Shown here piece after piece: positions 60,136 through 64,000 of a stretch of 64,000 bases of DNA. The stretch comes from Thermoproteota archaeon. GTDB lineage: Archaea; Thermoproteota; EX4484-205; JAAOZP01. Each line of letters opens with the position of its first letter. Positions within the stretch are counted from its first letter, which is position 1. The position numbers were made by a program, and so were the translations under genes. The DNA is taken from contig JBNAVT010000006.1 in the NCBI GenBank assembly GCA_049700215.1, positions 1 through 64,000 on the forward strand, written 5' to 3'. The notes under the pieces are model-generated. The model was not told the DNA's origin. It worked only from the letters and a program-made list of their open reading frames with translations, and did no database searches.

Positions 60136-60723
60136 CTAGCTGCTCGGCGACGCCAGTTTTCTAAGGTCTTCCTCGCCTTCAGCATACCCGAAGGCTATTA
60201 GAACATCTCCGGCATCAATCTTTAAGTCCGGCTTGGGCCTCACGTATTTTTCTCCTCTTTTCACCGCGAGAACCCACATACCGGTTTCCTCAGGTATTCT
60301 TGCCTCCCAGAGAGTCTTGTTGACTAGTGGCGAGCCCTCGGAAACAGGCACGTATGTCACGGTTTCATCAGCCTCCTCTATGACTAGTCTAACTACCGGG
60401 TGCGGCTCTATGCCTCTCAAAACTACTTCAGCTATTTCAGCCGCGGCGTCAGCTATCTCCTCCGTAACCACGCCAAGCCTTATTAGGCCGAGGATCCCCT
60501 TCGCCTCCTCCTCTTTAAACCTGCTTAAGAGTACTGCCATCTCGTATTCTGTGTGAAGCTTGTCAACATACTCCTCAAGCCTCTGCACTTCTTCAGCCAA
60601 CTCCCTGTTGTTCAACAATAGTGCCGAATAGGCTAGGTCAATCATAAGCTCTGAAGTGTTTTTAAGCTCGACGAATTTTTCAACAATTTTGTCGAAACCT
60701 TCGCTACCGCCTTGCTGCTGCAT
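60136..60723 (-). CDS. PhoU-like plus TrkA-C (RCK_C) domain protein
   Basis: ELKNTSELMIDLAYSA, EEIADAA, GMWVLAVKRG; ATG at 60723. Confidence 0.85.
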   Translation of the reverse strand: MQQQGGSEGFDKIVEKFVELKNTSELMIDLAYSALLLNNRELAEEVQRLEEYVDKLHTEYEMAVLLSRFKEEEAKGILGLIRLGVVTEEIADAAAEIAEVVLRGIEPHPVVRLVIEEADETVTYVPVSEGSPLVNKTLWEARIPEETGMWVLAVKRGEKYVRPKPDLKIDAGDVLIAFGYAEGEEDLRKLASPSS

Positions 60724-61333
60724 TGTCAACCCCTGTTCTCCTCCTTCTTCCCTCCGCAAGCTCCTTGAACAGGTTAATCCCCGCCGGGGCTCCCCTCACA
60801 ATAAGAATGTCCTCACGCATAAGTTTCTCCTCGTCCTCAGGCTTCACTATCCATTCTTTGCCCCGCCTTATAGCTATCAGGTTAACGCCCATTTTTGCAG
60901 CCAGGTTAAGTTTACCGATCTTTTTACCTATTAGTATTGATTTTCCCTCAACCCTGACTCTCGCAATATGCTCCTCAACCCTTTCAAAAATCTCGGCGAC
61001 AATGGGATGTATGCCTATGCCCTGCTTAACTATCGCGGCAATATCTCCGGCGGCATCTGATATTTTATCGGTTGCCCCAGCTACTTTCGCAACCCCGGCT
61101 AGAGCCTCAGCGTCCTCAGCGTTCCTCGCAGCTATCATGATCGTCATGTCTAAAAGGTATGCAAGCGTATCGATTCTTCTCTCAAGCTCCAGAACCTCTT
61201 CAGCCAGGTCCTTATCGTTAAAAAGGGCTGCGGAGTAAGCCAGGTCTATCATGAGTTCGGAGAGGTTTTTCATCTCCAGAAGCAATTCCCGAACCGGTTT
61301 AGGCCTGTATTCTATCTTCTCAAACTCAGGCAT
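60704..61333 (-). CDS. PhoU-like plus TrkA-C (RCK_C) domain protein
   Basis: EMKNLSELMIDLAYSA, DKISDAA, NLIAIRRG. Confidence 0.85.
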   Translation of the reverse strand: MPEFEKIEYRPKPVRELLLEMKNLSELMIDLAYSAALFNDKDLAEEVLELERRIDTLAYLLDMTIMIAARNAEDAEALAGVAKVAGATDKISDAAGDIAAIVKQGIGIHPIVAEIFERVEEHIARVRVEGKSILIGKKIGKLNLAAKMGVNLIAIRRGKEWIVKPEDEEKLMREDILIVRGAPAGINLFKELAEGRRRRTGVDNAAARR

Positions 61334-61401
61334 TTGCCTTTATCTCTTGAAGGAGAGTGGCAGGGAATGTTTTAAATCTTATTCTCGTAAGTAACTCTTC
61401 C

Positions 61402-62712
61402 TTAGCCTACTATAAAGAGGGAAATAAGCAGGGCTATGGAAGTCAGGCTGTCAGCCAGGGAGCTTTCAATCGGTATTTCGAAGTTGTCAGGGTCAAACCC
61501 CTTCTGGTAAGTTAGGATTGCGACCGAGTATGATACTAGTATTATGCATGACGCGGCTATCGTGTTCGCGATGAGCAGTAAAGCGGTGAAACTCAGGAAA
61601 TTAGGCAGGGTGAAAATACCTTGAACAATTAGAGACAGAATCGAGTAGACGCAGTACATTATCAGCGAGGCTGCCCACGCGCTGGAAACCTCTAAAAAAT
61701 GATGTTTTATTGAAGAGAAGGTGGGTTTGAGAATGCCTAGGGCAAGCTTCGTCGTGGCGGTTGAGCCTACGACAGACCCAACGTCCCCAATCGTGTCTAT
61801 TAACGCTGGATAAACAGTATATATCTCTCTTCTTTCCTCGACGACCTCCGATATTTTTCCGAAGGTTGATCCAGCTATGTTTATGATGATGGATACTAGA
61901 ATTATCGTCAGAAGAGACTCCTTCAAGGTTTTTACGAACTCCCTCTCCCTAAGGTTTCGAATAGTGAAATATATTGTGCAAAAAAGCAGTGTTAAACTTA
62001 TTGAAGCCAGTATGTATTGCCCTTCTAAACCGTTGGAAGCGTAAACGGTTAACACCCCGACGTAGAGTAGGGTTATTAGCAGATCAGCTATTGTCGACTC
62101 CACAGGGTACAGCACGATATCCGGGTTCAAGCCGTGTTTGAAGGAAAGGATGGACGCTACTATTGCGAGCGGGGAGATTACTATCAGTGATAAGGCCATC
62201 GTCGATGTCACGACGATCAGAATGCTGAAGAATTCCAGCGTCAAGCTGCTGCGGGACAAGGTGAATAGAGCTGCGGCGATAAGCCCCATGAGTATGCTGG
62301 CTTCAAAGGTTAGGACGACCGTCGCATGGAGCAGCAGGTGGAAGCTTCGAGTGTTTTTTGAAAAGCGTGGCTGCACGGTTCCTAGGTGTAGCCCTGTGCT
62401 CAGACGGCCGCAGAATAATCCTCCTATGACTCCCCTTGCACTAAGTATCGGAGGGTAGATGATGAAAGCCCATGGGAAGCTTTGAAAAATCCCGAGGAAG
62501 TAGGCGACAATCGTGCCCGCCGCTATTCCGAAGACGTTGAAGGCATACGCTATTAAAGACTGTCTTAGGGCACTGGTAAACTCGTGTTTGAAGCCCGCTG
62601 GCTTTTCAACCGTGTTGCCCAACGCGAGGAAGCGCGTGGAGGAATAGTATGGGATTGAACCCGTGTCTGTGTGAAAGCCTTGTAGAATGTTGGTTGGTCT
62701 CATCTGAAGCAC
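61402..62712 (-). CDS. MgtE/SLC41-like divalent cation transporter (two MgtE membrane repeats)
   Basis: RLSTGLHLG, GLNPDIVLYPVESTIAD, GFDPDNFEIPIESSLAD; start uncertain. Confidence 0.85.
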   Translation of the reverse strand: MLQMRPTNILQGFHTDTGSIPYYSSTRFLALGNTVEKPAGFKHEFTSALRQSLIAYAFNVFGIAAGTIVAYFLGIFQSFPWAFIIYPPILSARGVIGGLFCGRLSTGLHLGTVQPRFSKNTRSFHLLLHATVVLTFEASILMGLIAAALFTLSRSSLTLEFFSILIVVTSTMALSLIVISPLAIVASILSFKHGLNPDIVLYPVESTIADLLITLLYVGVLTVYASNGLEGQYILASISLTLLFCTIYFTIRNLREREFVKTLKESLLTIILVSIIINIAGSTFGKISEVVEERREIYTVYPALIDTIGDVGSVVGSTATTKLALGILKPTFSSIKHHFLEVSSAWAASLIMYCVYSILSLIVQGIFTLPNFLSFTALLLIANTIAASCIILVSYSVAILTYQKGFDPDNFEIPIESSLADSLTSIALLISLFIVG

Positions 62713-62905
62713 CTTCCGTCTCCTCCTGGTCGTCCACGCTTCCCCACCCTATGCTTAGGCTGCAAAACGTTCAACTGTTTAAATACTTTTCTGCAACATA
62801 ATCCTTGTCGAGCCAAAACCAGGACGAGGTGGGGAAATGAGGGGCTGCCTCCGGGTTTTCAGCTTCTAGCCTGAAGCCTATGGGAACAACCGTTCCTTTA
62901 ATCTA

Positions 62906-63385
62906 TCAGAACCTCTTGACGTGGAAGTGGCAATACGGTTTTCCACCAGTCTTCCCGTAATAGTCTTGATGATGCTCTTCAGCCGGCCAAAAAACACCGG
63001 CTTCCCTGAGCTGAGTCGCAACCCTATACCCCTTGCCTTCAAGTTTAGACACAAGTTCCTGAGCAATCCTTTTCTGATCCCCATCCAGGTAGAAAATTGC
63101 CGACTGATACTGTTCTCCAACGTCCGGCCCTTGGCGATTAACCTGAGTAGGATCATGGATTTCAAAAAACAGCTTCGCAAGCTCTTCAAAGCTTGTTTCC
63201 TCAGGGTTGTAAACAACCTCCACCGTCTCCAGGTGCCCAGTGGCTCCGCTGCAGACTTCTTCATAAGTAGGGTTCTCCTTTTTCCCACCCATGTAGCCGA
63301 CTCTCGTCGAAACCACTCCCTTAGCCCTCTTGAAGAAGTATTCGACACCCCAGAAGCATCCTCCGGCAAAATAGGCTGTCTTCAT
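62906..63385 (-). CDS. msrA: Peptide-methionine (S)-S-oxide reductase
   Basis: FAGGCFWGVE, PTYEEVC, HDPTQVNRQGPDVGEQY, AEEHHQDY. Confidence 0.96.
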   Translation of the reverse strand: MKTAYFAGGCFWGVEYFFKRAKGVVSTRVGYMGGKKENPTYEEVCSGATGHLETVEVVYNPEETSFEELAKLFFEIHDPTQVNRQGPDVGEQYQSAIFYLDGDQKRIAQELVSKLEGKGYRVATQLREAGVFWPAEEHHQDYYGKTGGKPYCHFHVKRF

Positions 63386-63456
63386 CGTGGAAGCCTCGGA
63401 AAACCAGCGTCTTTTCGGCTTAAAAGTTTTTTCCACCTCAGGTGTCAATAATCGCT

Positions 63457-64000
63457 TCAACACGCTTTCAAAGCATAAATGTCAGCATCCCGCATCCTTA
63501 AGCGTAGGCGAACAACCCTGCCTGAGAGCCTGCTTACGTCTGAGCCGGATTTCCAGCAGACCTCGCCCTCAATCTCGTCGCCATAAAGCTCTTCACACTC
63601 CTTCATCGTGAAGCCTGGAACAGGGTTACCATCCTCGCCCAGAATCTCCGTCTTCACTTCTCCCGCGGCCGACGTGGAGTAGTTAAGCAATAGTCTTCGC
63701 CCGTTGAAAACAAGCGGGCGGGTGACGAGCTCGCCTCCAGAGTAAGGCGCGTGGACAGAGGCGAAGCCGTCTATTCGAAGCGTGAAGCGGCGGAGACGGT
63801 TGCCGGCAGTATAGTAGCCCTCGCTCGAGTAGAGTGAAAGCTCGACCAGAGCATTCGTGAGCCCGGATTCAGTAGCCAGCATTCCCCATGCAGTCATATT
63901 GTTACGGTTGATCCAGCGCTCAGGCATTGGTCCAGGCCGAATGAATGCTTCAGTCCACCGGCGCCAATGTAGACCGTCGCGGCTACTCATGAGTAAAGTG
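63457..64000 (-). CDS. C-terminal part of a putative beta-propeller glycoside-hydrolase-like protein (starts beyond window end)
   Basis: SRDGLHW, LRIDGFASV, GELVTRPL, LLLNYSTSAAG, DIYA. Confidence 0.7.
   Translation of the reverse strand, partial: TLLMSSRDGLHWRRWTEAFIRPGPMPERWINRNNMTAWGMLATESGLTNALVELSLYSSEGYYTAGNRLRRFTLRIDGFASVHAPYSGGELVTRPLVFNGRRLLLNYSTSAAGEVKTEILGEDGNPVPGFTMKECEELYGDEIEGEVCWKSGSDVSRLSGRVVRLRLRMRDADIYALKAC

Noticed and set aside
60136-61333. The two PhoU/TrkA-C ORFs as one frameshifted gene
   Set aside because: Each is a complete unit with a plausible start (61333, 60723) and only a short overlap. A tandem gene pair is sufficient, though a split fusion is not fully excluded.

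Overview
Archaeal chromosome segment, probably from a TACK-lineage thermophile. The archaeal rpl3-rpl4-rpl23-rpl2 genes, tRNA-Ser without encoded CCA and TATA-type promoters are seen directly; a Brockarchaeota/Bathyarchaeia-like affinity is inference only. Contents in order: feoB/feoA/DtxR, a probable NikR-controlled ECF S-component plus FmdE, a PEP-utilizer (RPH-architecture) phosphotransferase cluster, tupABC, a P3A H+-ATPase, tRNA-Ser(TGA), a ribosomal operon that stops after rpl2, a decayed polymorphic-toxin-like locus, four TA modules, cysteine synthase, a membrane-anchored GH20, an ATPase-less OPT / M28-FtsX transport cluster with two mosaic 669-aa paralogues, and carbohydrate, redox and ion-transport genes. 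The most striking non-coding signal is a dispersed palindrome, (T)AGCGCGCGCT(A), about 18 exact or degenerate copies found by eye. It sits between gene modules and at the breakpoints of several truncated genes. No CRISPR array, integrase or transposase was recognised.
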